A stretch of DNA of 64,000 nucleotides from contig NC_092678.1 in NCBI RefSeq assembly GCF_964355755.1, positions 3,116,422-3,180,421 on the forward strand. The letters run 5' to 3'. The position numbers and the translations under genes were made by a program. The notes beneath the pieces are model-generated. The model did not search any database. It had not been told where the DNA came from and saw only the letters and a program-made list of their open reading frames with translations. Of this stretch, positions 24,556 to 40,300 are shown one piece after another; position 1 is the stretch's first letter, and the number at the start of each line of letters is the position of its first letter. The stretch comes from Antedon mediterranea. Its lineage: Eukaryota > Animalia > Echinodermata.

Positions 24556-27500
24556 TTAATTAATTTTTCCTTGTAACCTAACAGAAATGAAAATGAGGAA
24601 TACAATGTTATGCTGGGAAATAATAAAATGGGCGTCTTCTCTTGTTTACAAATGCTCTCTAAATGTTTTTACCACGAAAAGATCCTGTTGACGTACAAAA
24701 CTATGGTATATCATCATAATATTGTTGGCTATATGTGTTGTTAACTGTACACACAGGCTACACAATGCAAACTGCCATTCAGGTTATTTAGGGCTGAACG
24801 TACTAAATACAATGGGTGCAATTTATTGTACTTAAATATTTTGTAAAATATTGAACACATTAATTTCCATGTTCCAACAAAGCAAGTGCTTGTCATCGGC
24901 AAATATGTGGTTAGGAAGTAAATATAGTGTTTTGTTTGTAGCCATATTGTGAAAGAAATACTAGTGGGGGAAGACTTCTGTAGGAGTGGTAATACTACAG
25001 TATAGAGACTTGTACAATAAAAAAAATCTTAAGAACACTTTCTATAAAGTTATGGATATAATTTCTGAAAAAGACAATTGTTCTCTGGCAGTTTTTGGTG
25101 ATAAAATTCACAGGTAATTTATTATATTTATTATTATTATTATTGGAATAAAAGTATTCAAATTTATTTATATTAAATTTAACAATTTTTATACAATAAA
25201 CTTCAACAGTAGTATATTTGAGGAGATGGTTTATCAATTAAAATTATAAACGTCAAGTTTTAGCGGACAATAAGATTGTTATGTTGCCCATGAATAATAT
25301 AGTTGTCTATGATTGTCCACTGTAATTATCATTTCTATTCCAAGTTATATATAATGTAACTTAACTATGCATAATTTTACGTTAATTTAACTCGTATTGA
25401 ATTACGAAATAGAATTTAAGATGTTTATGTTAGCTTTAGGCTAGCTTCAGTGTTTAAATCCTCCATAATGTCACTGACCCTTGATCAATATTCATTTAGC
25501 TTATAATATATTGATTTTAGTACAGTAGGTTTTCTGTAGCTTCTTGGATTCTTATGTTGCATACTAGATTTTTCCAAGTCTTCCATAGCAAACACTGAGC
25601 AAGTGCAGTATGTCAGAATCTTACAGAAGGAGGCCTACCTACTGTAATGTGTTTTTAACTTTATCGTTTTAGTTTCAATAATTTTAATCTAACAGTTTTA
25701 TTCTTGGTATTTGTTTCATCTTTTGGTCTCAATATAAACTGATGTAAATTAGTAAAGTTGTTTGTGTGAAGATACTTTGCAAGACATTGTCAAAATCCCA
25801 CATTAAAGTTTTCATCTATTCAACTGGCCCAAATAAACATTGGCAAGGCTGTTTGAATATTTTTTAAACTAGAAGAAGATTTGAACTTGTGTGCCCTATA
25901 GTAACATTGGTTCTGGGAAAAGAGGGTGGCACTATTGATTGTGAGACACTCTTGTGAAGGAAGAAATATCCCAGAGGAATATATATTCTCAACATTTTAG
26001 GGTCCGTTTTCGTAATGTAGCGAAACCAAATAAATTCATTCATCTGTCCCGTAATTCTTGTGCTTAAGACGATACATTATTGATTGTAACAAGTACTATA
26101 TAAATAGTGAACTTTAATTAAATTATATGAATGGGTATAAGGTGTTAGCAAAGTTTCTAACTTAATATACACTGTTGGTTTTTAGCACTTCTCAAGAACA
26201 GGAGGAGGAGGCTATGTTCTTCGTTGGATGTTGTATAACTATAGAACCTTCTTGGAATCCATTTATAATCCTGGGTCAATTCTAAGGTCACTTCTGATTG
26301 GTTAGTAAAAGCGAAGAAGTTCATTTTCTTCTCCAGACATCTAAAGAAATAAATGAATATATGAGAATAATACTATTTTTATAGCATTATGTTTTCTTTT
26401 TTTCTTAAGCCGAATTTCCACTAGGCAAATTTGCTAAATCGAAAGCACATTTACACATTTATCATTCTTGCCTTTAATGTTTAAAACCTTTTTGACTACA
26501 TTTTCTCAAATCCATTTCATTGCTTAAAGTATTTTCAAACTTGCATACAAGTTGGCAATATCCAAGAAATGGAAAATAAAGTATTAGTTGGAATGAGAAA
26601 CATTTATCAATCTTTGTCTTGAATGTTTATTAGTAAAACCCCCAGGCTGGTAATCCGTACCATAACATTCATGCTCTTCTGATTAAATGTCATCATGGAA
26701 TACTTCTGTCAATGTAAACATGGTATGAACTTGTAAATATTGTTAAATTACAAGATACTGCAGGTTGTCAACAGTTTTGAACAAGAGTGTTATTATATAA
26801 ATTATTATAACACTTTTAATAATTTGAAATTTACAATTCAATAATGAAATATGACAGTTGTTATATTGTTTTTAGTAAAATTCTCTCTTTATTGGAATTC
26901 TGTCATTCTATTTCATCAATTAAAATTGTTTAAATGACATTTATTAATGTTGTAACAATGATGACAAAACAAACAAAAAAACAGTTACAATAGTAAAAAA
27001 GTATTATTTAATTTATTACATACAAAGAGTTTCTATTAATGTACATAAATTCCTTTTTATTTTTGATATTCCAAAAGAATATTACCTATAAATATTTCAT
27101 ATCTACAGAAGGGAAATCTAACAGAACATATTCAAAAGTATTTAATATCATAAACTTAGCGTTATTTATGAATATATGTTGGGTCAAATTAAACAAGAAA
27201 AGAAATTGTTAGTTTCACGTCCAGGAATTTCTTTGATTTACTATTGTGATACGATTTATTTTTTTCAATGGCTAATAGTAATAGTGAAAAAAAGTCATAC
27301 AGCTCTAAAAGTTTGATTAAGGATGTGAAACTAACAATTTTCTTAAATGAAATGAAATGAAATTATATTTTTGACAAAGTAGAGTTTAATATCACACTGG
27401 TTCTATTGATTTATTATCTGAAGTTAATAAACATTCACGTTTTATAGTTCATAATAAAAACGTGATTTGAATTTTAGACCAAGACATAGTTTATTGATGT

Positions 27501-30500
27501 AAATACACAGTATGTAATAAACATTGTCTGTAAATCTTGAATTATTGGTTCAACATAAACCTATTCAGCTGACATAAATTGACCCTTGACATGCAGTCTC
27601 CATCTAATAGCATAGTTCATGTTTTACATGGCATGAATCACTCTAGTATTATGAATTATGAATTCATACATAATTTTCTTCTAAGCAATAAATTGTATAA
27701 GATCTAGGCATAAGCTCAAGGTGGACTGACCTAAGGCTGGGATGTACAGTATTAGTTAATAACATTTTTTGGTACCTGCCTAAAAAATGCCTTGCTTTAA
27801 AATGAAGAAAAAGTATTTTCATTTGAAATACAAAGTAAAATTAGAGGATTAAATTTCATATATGTATTATTAGAAAATATTATTGAAAAGGAAAAAAAAA
27901 TTTACAAATTTCTTGAATCGTTTTATCAATCTAGGTTTGTCCCCAAGGTCACGTTTTCCCCAAAGCTCTTCTTATTTCTCATCTTGGATTTGTTAAATGA
28001 CATGCAAATCTTGCAGCAAGTAATATACACTTTGTTTTCAGTTTAATATGATGTTTTTAGGTTAATGACCATTTTAATATCATTGTTCTTATTTATTAAA
28101 GTAAATTACAATTTCATGGTGGGAAGTTGTAGACAAGTACAAACGACAGGATGACACAGAAGTAAAAAATGACACGGTCATCAATTTGACGTCTTTCTTG
28201 ACATCCATAGACGGGTGAAATTCTTCGTAATCGTCATGGCTTTATGCTGGTCAAGCGTACCTGAATAATTTCATTAGGAATTCAATGAGCTAGCTTAGTC
28301 GTCTAATGAGGCTTGCTATTGTGAGAAGCACGATGAACTAGATACTATTCAAAAGTGTTGTGTAAACAGCCTTTGGAATTTTTTTTTCAATCAGTGAACT
28401 TTAATGAATGTTATTTCAAAATTATACTTCAATCATTGTTGTCATCTAATTATCATGGTGTTTATGATTTCAGTATTAGCATGATTATCTATACTATCGT
28501 GTACCATCAACCTTTGACATCATCGCCAAAAGCACCTTTGTTAACATCATTTATTTTCTCATTCTCATCATAATCATATATTCTTTTCATAATCACAAAT
28601 TTCATAATTTCATTATTCTCATCGTCAGTATCACCATCATAGTCACAACAGGATTGTCATAATTCTATATCAACATATTCATCACCGTTGCCATCATTGG
28701 CAGATTGAGAGAGATTTTAATGCAAAAGTTCAGCATTTCACCAATTTTTAGGTCCTTTGTCCCCTCCTCCCCTAACCCCCATTTCAAAATCTGGGATTAC
28801 GTTGATGATTGTCATCATCATTCTCATCATTATTATCACTATTGTAATCAATCATCTGACTCTCAATAGTACCAATTGTGTTGCTTTTACTATCAACTGC
28901 TAGTAAGGATATCATTACTGGAACAATTCAATTTAGTATACCTAATTACTGCTACAGTATCATCAACCATTGTCATCATTGAACATGCTTCAACATAATG
29001 GAATTACCCATTGATTATGGTCTAAATTACAGTCTATATGATGAAGCTCAAATATGTAGAGCCATCACAACAATCATGGTGATGTACTTTACTTTGGCAC
29101 CATTTAGCTGCTCTAATGGTAGACTTCCGGCCATTAGTGCCACATCTCTTGAGAGTACCCGTTGCATCACTAATGGCTTTAGTACTGAATTTGTAATTAT
29201 GAAGGTCTTGGAATTAAGTTAGGATTAGATTCTGTGTGACCTTGGTTCTGTATCTTGATTGGTGAAGTTCAATATTCAGAAGAGTGTTCTCTATCTTTCT
29301 TTAATGTTTGACGAAAATGAAATTGAAAGAAAGAATATTAATAATAATTTTAGAATTTTAAAAAATCACACTGATACTTTCTACTAGATCTTTAGGTATA
29401 AGTCCTCCCCAATCTCATCTCAGGCAACTTGACCAAGTGCCATAGTTGAAGGGTGTCGGAACAACATTTTTACTACAATTTTGAGGGAGGCAGTAGTATC
29501 CATTAAAGTTGTTTTTCTACAACTACCCACTGTATTTACAGAACAAGCACTCTGGCATTTTGGTTTTCAGTAACATTATCATATGATGTGAATCTGTTTA
29601 AAGTCACACCTGCAGTGTTGATATTCACTTTACAAAGTGTTTAAAACACTAGTGTCTTTTATTGTTTACCGACTGCTGTTTTAAGTTAACAAAACTAATT
29701 GAGCTCATCCCTTTAATCATATTAATACTAAATATTTGAGCTGTTCCCTGACGAAATTCTTCCAATTGGTATTCTACTTGAACTATGTTAATGAGACCTC
29801 TATCGGAGGTACAACATTAACACCAAGTCTATTCCATAATGATACACATCGTTTAACATTAATGCTCAGAGGGACAATGCCATGGCTCAGTATCGTCTCA
29901 GTAACTGATAAACGAGCCAATTTAACGATGTTAATTATTCGTTAAAAGGGAAGTAGACATTCAGTGTAGTGTATCACAAGTCATTAGTTCGGTTTTTTTT
30001 TTCAAAAACCAGCAAGCTGTTACAACTGTGTGAATAGCATCCTCTTTTGGGAAAATTCTTTTTTTTTTTAAAGAAAAAAGTGGTTTTAGCAATATCATTT
30101 TATTTTCATTATTTTATTATTAAATATTATATAAAATTTGTTCAGATATTTTTATACATATAATTGTGGTCTGACTTGCAAGGCAGAGAAGTAATGTTAT
30201 TGCCTGCCAAATTATGATGTTCAAAAAGAAACAAATTTTTCTGCAGTAACCAAAAGGTTTATACTTTAAAGATTCTTGAAAAATAAATGGATCTACGGGT
30301 ACACCCCGGGGTACACTTATTATTTCTAATCATAATAGTTAAGTATGTGGGCTGTTTTACATCATAAAGTATCATGTCCATACTAATATTGATACTGTAG
30401 TACCAATGCATACATCAGTGTTAAAGTGCATCTGTATGCTCCTGTGTCACTCATCACTAGCTCTTATTAATTAGGGTGCAGCATCGCCTTTGGCAGACAA

Positions 30501-31889
30501 TATAGCTTGTACATGTCATGTGTGTTTAGTTCAGTTACCTAATAATGATGTTGTTGAACTATGACTGAATTCTGCGAGGATAAACTTAATAATGTTGTCA
30601 TATTAATATTAACTTGAGATATAGTCATAATGTTTGAATCAAACTATAACTGTAATCAAGACATATGAAGGGGACTTTCTAATATGCTAGTAGTAGCAAC
30701 TTTTAATAAGATTTGTGATATTGATTATAAATGATAAGCTGCTCTTAAAATAAAATATTTTGGGTTTCCCAATATAACATTTTTTGTAGATCGCAATTTG
30801 ATACCACCGCACCAAGCTGCGCGCACACAATTTTATAGAATATCAATTAATTTTATAGAACCTCAAACCTTAATTTTATTTTTATTTAGCATACGTCTTG
30901 ATCAGATTGTATTTAACTTTGAATATCTGCTTTATCATCTGACCTCTTTTTAGCTTGAACCTATTACCTTGTGATTGACAACTGTGCCGTTTGCCTTCAA
31001 GTATCAATTAGACAGTATCTCTACTGTCTAACTATCACGTTTGTTCCATTAAATATGGTCGTTGTATTTGCTAATAGAGTGACCAAGTGTAATGCCATCC
31101 TAAAGTAAAGCCTTGTTTCAAATTTAACTTGCAAAAATAAACCATTCTTATATTATTATTATCCAGTTCGTTACACAACGAATAATATTAATGTCGTTAG
31201 ATGGTTGGGGGCGCAAAGTAAGCCTCGAATAGCCAGTTTAGTTTGATATCACTTCATTATTTCGTTCGGTATTCTACTTCTCAAATCCTGAGCTTTCATT
31301 GGTCGTCGGTCTACAACTTTTTCATTAGATTATATGAATACAGTTTTGACCTAGGCCTTGGTCCCATGTTTTGTCAAATCATGAATATTAATTAGTCTTA
31401 ATTAGCAATTATTACTCTTGCTATAAACATCATTTAAATTATCTATCAAATATGAATATAAAACTTAATTATTTATGACTACGATTACAAAATTAGTTTA
31501 ATATGCTCACAATTATAATTCTCACTCTGTAGATCTTATTTAATTAACTATATGTTAACCATTACAGACTTCAGGTAATTTAGAAAATTACTATACTTGT
31601 GATAAAGATTTCTTTCATATAATTAAATTATAATGTTCTATCTAGGTTATCTTTTGATAATATGGATCCTGGCGATGAGATCAAACTAATTATAGTCTTG
31701 TGTCGTATCTTCTCTCATCTCTGCAGGAGGCCTTTACTTTCAATTTAAATATCTCCGTGTAGCTTGACATAAATATTCCTTACTACTGGCACTGGGTTTT
31801 AAAATGTCATATTTAGTTGTCAAATATTATTTAAACAAATCAAATATGTAAATCAAACAGACATTGATTGAATAGTTTGATTTAAGTTG

Positions 31890-31950
31890 AAGTCATTTGC
31901 TTTATATTTAAGTCATTTGCTTTATACTTAAGTCATTTGCTTTAAACTTA
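31890..31950. repeat. 20-bp tandem repeat x3 (AAGTCATTTGCTTTATACTT)
   Basis: Directly visible. Confidence 0.85.
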
Positions 31951-32667
31951 ACATATGCAAACTGTAATAAAAATAAATAGCCAATGAAAGCTCTTTCAAT
32001 AAAATATTATATTTATATATTCCACTACACAATAATGTTTGTGAATATTATATTTTCAAGGAGTAAAAATGTGAAAATAATTTTATAGAAAATGTTTAAT
32101 ATAATTATTGTGTATGTCAGCCTTATTTTTTGTTGATAAATAAATGATATTCCACAATTTAACCCTACAAAAAAAGCCATATTTCCATTCCCGTATATTC
32201 CACTGATTGTACTATAACTATTATGTCCGGTGGAAAAGAAAAAGTATACTTATGATAATTACCAGTAGTTCTTTTCAAATATGGTAAATTCCCAAATTGT
32301 ACAAATAAAAAAACCTTTTTTAAGTTAAAAACGGCAAAAATCTACTGAAACATAATTATTAATTTAATTTAAAAAGTCTTTGACCTTGTCAATGTCATTA
32401 CTGTTAGTCTAATTGGTATTTTTGTACAATAATAATTATGCTAGATTCTGCTATTTTTTTCACAAAGAAGTCTTTTGTTTCCTTTGTTGAAGAATAGTAC
32501 ATTAAATGTAATTTAATTTATCGTAACATCTCTTTTTTTTTTTTGACATCTGGTCTGCCTTCTTAACTAGTATTATTTACGCATTAAAAAGATAAACCAT
32601 TTGTATGTGTATGTATTAAATATATGTTATAAATCAAGTAATTTGGCAGTAGATTAGTTTACATTAT

Positions 32668-32726
32668 CCAGACTTGAACCAGTCATCTCCAGGGATTAGA
32701 AACTGGACACCGCAACCACTAATCAT
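32668..32726 (-). mobile_element. Degenerate tRNA-like/SINE head fragment
   Basis: The reverse complement has tgattagtggtt (A-box-like) and ggttcaagtc (B box) at tRNA-like spacing. Confidence 0.4.
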
Positions 32727-33865
32727 GTTGACAGTATGATACATTTAAAGGGATCTTTTTTTAAATTTGAGGCATCTTAAATTCCAAGAACTATATTTTG
32801 TACATCAAGGTATCTTATATTCTAATAGGAAACATCAAATAACCAAAACTTAATTTCATTGCAGTATAAAACTGAATTACGAAAACAACTTTACAAAAAA
32901 CAAGGGGCCTGTTATTAAAACGGACTTAAATTTTAAATTAATTTTAGTCAAAGATGCACTCATGATATGAAAAAAAAACTCACTACAATACTATTATAAA
33001 ATGCTTCATAAATTTGAAACATCTTCAAACTCATTGATGTGAACTCTATGTAACCTTATATAAATTTTTACGTAACTATTCTATAATTTAAAAATGTCTT
33101 TTAATTATGGATGTGGCGAAATCAAATATTAAAATATTTTTTCATATCCCATTTTCAGTTCATTTACCTTTATTATTAACATTTATTATGTAATAGTATC
33201 TAACATATATTATAGGAGAATAGAGATTGTTCTTATAATCTAAAATGCAAGAGTAAAGTAGAAAATGAATAATAATTTCTTCTTCTGCATGCTTTTAGGA
33301 AGTGTCATTGAATTATATCTGTCAATGAGTCATTGTCTTAATGATTTACGAGCTAATTCCACGCGTGCACAGATCATGCATCCCATCCAAATTCATTACG
33401 ATATCCATAGGTTTACTGGAATGGGAATATGCTTTATTAACATGGATACATGTGAATCAGTCAGTGTAATATACGGCCGGGTTGACGTGAATAATGACAG
33501 AAATAGGCTGCGTATTAAACGAGATAATGTATTGTGGGATATGTTGAAATGAATGTTAATCCTGATGGATGGAGTGATGTTGATGTATGAATAACAATAT
33601 AGGCCTACTACTGATGAATGTTATCAACATAAGAAAAGCATATTAGTATATTCCATGAGTACAGTACATATAATCGATATACAATTCTCGACATGTAAAA
33701 ACTCCTCAACTAATAGTACAGAGGACAAATTAAATGAAAAGTAGTTAACTATCTGTATTCATTAATTTTGCAGCAGAACAGATACCAATTTTTACTAACT
33801 TGGTAAAACATGCATGATTTTGTAATCAAAATGTAAAAATATCTAAATTTCTATATATTTTTCAG

Positions 33866-33898
33866 AGCTCAAAAACAAGCCCCTGAGAGCAATTCAAG
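33866..33898 (+). CDS. Candidate 33-nt phase 2-2 microexon (AQKQAPESNS)
   Basis: tttctatatatttttcag|AGCTCAAAAACAAGCCCCTGAGAGCAATTCAAG|gtaaga; both sites strong, frame open. Confidence 0.65.
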
Positions 33899-36893
33899 GT
33901 AAGAATGTTTTTATGAACAAACTCTAAAACTTAGTCTATTTACTAATTTGTTTTTCTGCTAATCTGAAAAAGATGACACGTCAGGCGTTATCTGTCGCTC
34001 AGTCGTTGTTTCTAAGGTGTTGCTGTGATTTTTACAATAACACATTTATTGAAAGCAATACAGCATATGTTACATACATTCCGTTGGATTGATATTGTTT
34101 GTCGTTGGTCCAGGGTGTTGCGCTGGACATACCATTGCAGGATCATCTTTTATGTATCTCTGAACAATCTTTCAAACTCCATCATCTAGCACGATTTGTT
34201 CACACTTTTGTTGCACATGTTTACTGAATGTTTTAAAAGGAGCAAAAGATTTGAAATATAAATAAGTATTTTTATTATGTGTGAAAATGTTCTACTGAAT
34301 AACATTATCAGAGTATTTTTTTGGAGAATTGAAAAGGTAATACACTAATACTACTGTAGTTTAGGTTTTGTTGTTTACTTTTTCTCATGCACTGGCAGAT
34401 TTTATGATAATCTGCTCATATTTTTATCGTTTCAGTTTATTATTTCTAGAATTTATTTTATTGTTTGCTATTGTTTTTTATTTTGAGAAGTAGTAGGAGG
34501 TAAACAAAGGAAGAAACGTTTGAGTAGGTAGAATCTTCAAATGTTGTTTTCAAAAATAGCCACCACCAGAATAATGCACCAAATCCAGATCAAGGCCGCC
34601 TTCTCTTTCAAATGTTGGCTGTTGAAAAACAAAAATTACTTGTTATTGACCAAAAGTATAGATGCAATTTTAGAGCTCACGTTTCACTGTTTTGTTCTGC
34701 ATAAATCATTTTAATTTGTTGTAAATATTAATTTTCTTTAGAGACATTAATTTATTGATTTGAGGTAAATTTTGCAAAGTTCAAGAAACTCTTTATAAGA
34801 TTTGTTTGTTGTTTCAGCTAAAGAATGTTTTCTGGTGGAAATCTGCCATCTGTCTTCTTAATTTTCCTCTGTAGATTTTCGAAGATGATGAATTAGCAAT
34901 ACTCAAAATACATCTTGTGATATCGATAAAATATATATTGCTGCCCTCTATAAAAAAGGGGAAAAAAATTTACACATTTTGTTGTACTGCCCTCTACAAA
35001 TCATATTAGTATTTTTTAAGAGTATCCTTCTAAGAATGTATTTGTTGGTCTATTAATGAGACCTTTTATTATATATTGATTTTTTCCAATGTCCTTCTAA
35101 ATGAAAATTGAAATATTACATTATATTGACATCCAAAAGCTCTCAGAGGTTTTAATCAATCGATATGTACAAATGAAACCATAGTAATTGTTTTCCAACC
35201 ACTTGAAAATAATTGTGAAAAATAATGGCAATATAATTAATTTTAGTTATTTCAATTTATAAGTAAATATCCATAAAAAAAGATACAAGAAGCATTTTAA
35301 ACATTGTTGTTGATCCTCACTTTTTTTTATCAGGGGCACACACTGTCGTTAGTGGTAGAACTAAAATAAAACATTAAACAAATAAGCAAAATAATGAAAG
35401 GAAACAAAACAAAACCAACGAAAATAATTATAAATATATACATATTTAAAGCTATACTACAAACTATACACTTTAAAAAAATGGAGGATAGCTCCTAGTT
35501 GTTCCAAATTAGAAAAAAAAAAAAAAAAAATTAAATTAATTAAATTACTGTAGATCTTATAATGGTCAATCCAAACTATGAAGCATTAGCCTTTGACCGC
35601 CAGACTGTCAAACAATTCTTTTCACCGACCTTCTGGCTATGGCTAGTACTAGCCTACGCCATACAGACACTATGTTGTATTTAAAGATACACCCATAATA
35701 TAATACAGTAATAATAATTTATTGGAAACTTCATTTTTACAACAGTGGCACATTTTGATGATAAAGGTGCATCTGAATAATGCTTTAGTTTTTTATACAG
35801 TCTACAAGGTTGTCACAAATTAAACAAGGAAATTGGTGCTGCTTTAGCGGCACGCTGATACCCTTAACCTGTACACATCAAAATGTTCAGCCTAGTCTGA
35901 ATCATGCAGTATTTCTATTAATGATTCATATTATTATTAATGGATAAAAAATATTTTAAAGTTTTTCTATGTTTTGGATTTATATGATGTGGTTATGTTG
36001 AGTTTTCTTCATTACTGTCTTCAATAATCTATTTTTCCCATGATATCATGTTGGGCAGTTTAGAGTTTCGCTATGCCTATAAAATATATATCCAATCTGC
36101 CTGCAGACAGATATATCTTGTTTATATTGTTCATGATCATTTTCAAGTGTATTATGCGATACCAGTAACTGCTAGAAATTATGTTCTATAGGATCATTGT
36201 TTTGTTGATAAAATTAATAATTTGACAAAAACTGAAAAACTCGCAACCATGTTTTCATGCTTTCATAAATGACAAATTGACAACCACCTTTGGCCCTGCT
36301 CAATCATAAATCATGCTATAATAGACATTTAAAAAATAATAAAAGCATCAAAAATGTTTGGAAATCATTTTCATTAACATAAATATTTATAATGTATTCT
36401 TAAAGATCAGTATTGAATATTATAACATTTCTTTTATATGTCAAAGTACGCCAAGTACTTACAGTATCATAACTAAAAGTATTCGTAGCATACAGTAACA
36501 TCGATTTTCAGAGAGCATTGTGTGATTGTACATGCTGTGCATTTGAACTGATTGTAAGCTATTTATTTTGTTGAATCTCTCTTGTTAGCCTATCCAAAAA
36601 GTTATGGGCTTATTTCTGACTATTTGTGTTTTTATTAAGATCAGTAGGGTTCTGTAGAATCTGTTGGTATTTACACAATTTTAATATAGACTAGTTGAAA
36701 TAAATGCATGCTTTATTAATAATTTCAACATAACCATTTATGCACAATCAATTATTAACAGCTCTGCCTTCAGCATAATATTACTCAGCCATCACCATGG
36801 AAACAGGATAGAGGAAGTCATATGACTGACGTGTGATTATCAGTTTTGACCGATTGAAAAAAGTCTGAAAGAATTTTATGAAATGTGCTATTC

Positions 36894-37311
36894 ATTAAAC
36901 TGTTTCCCTGTCTCACATTCATTTTCCCCCTTTTTGAACTCATAATCTTAACTAAAAATTGTTTTTTATCCCAAACAAAAATTAATTGGTCAGCACACCC
37001 AATCCGGGTTACTAGCTGACCTCTGTTGTAGTAGAAAAAGAAGGCTCACCAATATCTAGATTATCCTATAAATATATCCTATCCTTGATATTCTGGCTAC
37101 CAAAATGAGGTGATCATGTTGACAGCCAGTCACTTTGGTAATAATAATAATAATATTTATTCGGTCATCAATGTAAAAATAACCAGGAATGAGAATAGGC
37201 TAAAGCCCAAACAGATTCTGCACTCACTCCATAGAATTTTATGAAATTTTTAGTTAAGATTATGAGTTCAAAAAGGGGGAAAATGAATGTGAGACAGGGA
37301 AACAGTTTAAT
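36894..37311. repeat. Perfect 67-bp inverted repeat (36894-36960 / 37245-37311)
   Basis: attaaactgtttccctg...actaaaaatt and its exact reverse complement. Confidence 0.92.
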
Positions 37312-40300
37312 TAATAGGTAGCCAGTAATAAACTGCTAAATTCATAACTTTATAATTTACATCATGGACTTTATGTACAATCGTTTTTTACTCGCCATTT
37401 CCTACAGAGATGGTTTTTTTTACTAAAGTAATGTTGCCCAAATTGAACAGCAGCCGATGTGTACCAGTGAAATTGGGGCTAGCCCAGTGAGCTTAGAAAT
37501 AATAGATTGTATGATTGTCACTTGTCACTTTGTCATGAAGTTTTATATACAGGTCGACTGTCGCCATCCTTTTTCCATTGATTGCTATTGCTTGATTTTT
37601 ATCTCATTTTTGTTACATTTTCCTAAAGATAGAATACTTTTTTATACATATAATAAAATCAATCACTCTTTTGTTTTCTCAAAATAGATAACATAATGTA
37701 TATTTCTTGGGTTGTGTTAGACATACCCACAGAATTACCCTTACCTTCTTGGAGAACAATAGATCACAGCCAGCTAAAATATATTATCGGTTTATGTCTA
37801 CTCTTAAAAATATTATTTCGAACATTCATTTAATTTATTACTATGGTATATATAAAATTCATATTGTAAATGTAATAAAAAAGTACCTTTAATAAAAAAT
37901 GAAAATCCATAGATCCCCTTTTAGAATTGTTCTTACCAAATTATGCACACACCGTTTTAAAGACCACTTTCTGATTATAAATATATGATACTGTTAGTTA
38001 CCCAAACATAGAACAAACTCCAATTGATTATGAATATTAGATCTCTACAAAGAGTTCCACATAATCGTAAAATTAAATTTTCTTTTTATATTAATTTAAT
38101 GATTTTGAAGCAACAGAAATATTTATTGGTAATGAAGAATTTGACAATAAAATATCATTTTTCAAGTAGTCTGTCAGATTTTATTAAAAGTCAAATTCTT
38201 TCTTAAGCCTACAGCACTTACAATTCCTTTTAACTCTTAGTGCTGGAGATTTACTAAAGTTATGCCCGGTATTTTGACAACAAATCTTTTCCATCTCTTG
38301 CGGAAGTTTCAACTTTTCTAAACAAAGTTTTAGAAGTTTTCCATTGTTGCAGACAATAATCTGTTCACACCTACAGTTCTTTTGAAGATGATACTCTATT
38401 GTAACAGGATTTTTACAAATATATAAATCATTTTATTATACAGATAACAATTCTTTTTATTAGCATAAACACATTCAGGTACCAATATTTCTTTTAAATG
38501 AGTTTCCTTATAAGTTTAGCGGGTGAATTTTATGAATGGGAGTGCTCATAGAACTACTGTATTAATAAATTGGATGAGGAGGTAGTCCTAGTGTAGACCC
38601 ATTATGCAAATGGTGATTGACCATGTGCGTCAATGGAAGTCTGCGTTTTTATTCTTAATTGTTGATGTTTCCAAATTTGTTTTGAAATACATTGTCTAGA
38701 AATTATTTTAGAAAGTTGTTAGGCAAGATTAATAATTGACAGAATATTTTAAAATATAACCTCCTGAAAGATATACAGTATTTTAATATTTCTTTGTAGA
38801 TTATTTTTATTATGTTAAATTTTAAATATTACCTTATTATTTTGCATCTCGACATTGTTTTGAATAATTGAATCATTGTATGCAAGAGTGATGGGTGCCA
38901 ATGAAGCACGACATAACTATCGGATTTGACTTAAAATACTTTTGAATGTCTAGCCATACTTAGCAGACTTTTTTTTCTAAAATGACATTATGATAGTTAT
39001 ACTGTAGAATTGTGTGTGTGGCAACATAAACACATTACTTGCTTACTAATTAGTAAACAATCGCACGTTACTTCATTTCTTTTTTACAAACCTTACTTAC
39101 TTGTGTTTATTGCATTATTTTCTACTAATACTATATAAAATTGGTTTGAATAAAAGATGTTAAACCTGTTTTGTTTTTTTATACGTTGTTTTATAATTCT
39201 GTAATCGGCCACATCAAAGATAAAGAGAATATTCTAGATGTGTTTTTGCAGATCATCTGTAACCATTGCATGTGCATTTATGTCCAGGTCCCGTTTTCCA
39301 GGTATGCTATGTAGCACGCAGAGTTCGGTTAAGTTGTCAAATTGTACAGCTATAAATGTTGTTGATAATTATAGCTTCTTTAATTGTAAATTCTGTACTG
39401 GAGTGTTTCAGAATCATTAATCAACGATGTACACTTCTTCCTTCTCGCCTTGTGTGTAATTACGAACTTGTGACGTTTGTTATGTAAATTCTGATTTTAC
39501 GGCAGGTATATATAATCCACCTTGAATTAACATTCTGAAGTTGAGATCATGTGACTTTCTACGAGTAAAATCAGATCACATGACCTCGGTGATAATCACA
39601 AGTCATTTTACGTTGGTTTGATTGAGCCGTAACAGGTCAGCTTTTCCGAGAACACTGTAAATCAATTGTTACATTGTTGCTGACAACCATGCAGATTGAG
39701 CCGGTTGCAAAGTCCAGCCGACTCGGGATTTCTATATTTGATATCGTTTGATTTATATCTTTTGGCAAAATTGCATGTTCGAGGTTTTATCAGGATTATA
39801 CGCAAATTGTAAGTTGAATGTTACGATGAGCAATTGATACAGAAGTGCAAACACTTTCTGGAAACCATTTGCATCGGAGTAATTAATTTTTTTAAATTAA
39901 TTAACTCCTGTCTTATTTACTTATCTGCTATAGTCGTAAGTTGTTCAATATTCCTGCGTCTATTTTTCCAGCATAGTTTCAAGTTTATTGTTTTTTGATT
40001 TGTTGTTTCACATAATATAATATTAACATTTGATGAATTAATAAATATAATTGTTTGAGGACGCATTAAGCCCAGGCTTTAAGTTCGGTCCTCCAGATAA
40101 AGATATATATATGAAGGGCTAGTGTTGCCAGAAAGCTCTGCTACTTTCTCTGGCTGTTTTACTTTATCGTTTTGGTTTAGCTTTTTGCTTATATTATTTT
40201 GTATCTCTATTGAGATCCAGGCACTGATACCCACAGCATTGTCATTATTTGCAATAATTTGCTCTTGGATTTAAAAATATATATATATAATTATATGATT

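Noticed and set aside
34840-35000. CTGCCCTCTA x2, CTCF-like
   Set aside because: Only half of the CTCF motif matches; not enough to call.
39252-39301. Possible 50-nt cassette exon
   Set aside because: Length is not divisible by 3 and there is no other support.
39775-39808. ATG-to-gtaagt frame as an alternative first exon (also 56437-56466)
   Set aside because: Phases 1 and 0 are incompatible with the phase-2 system; these show that such frames arise by chance.
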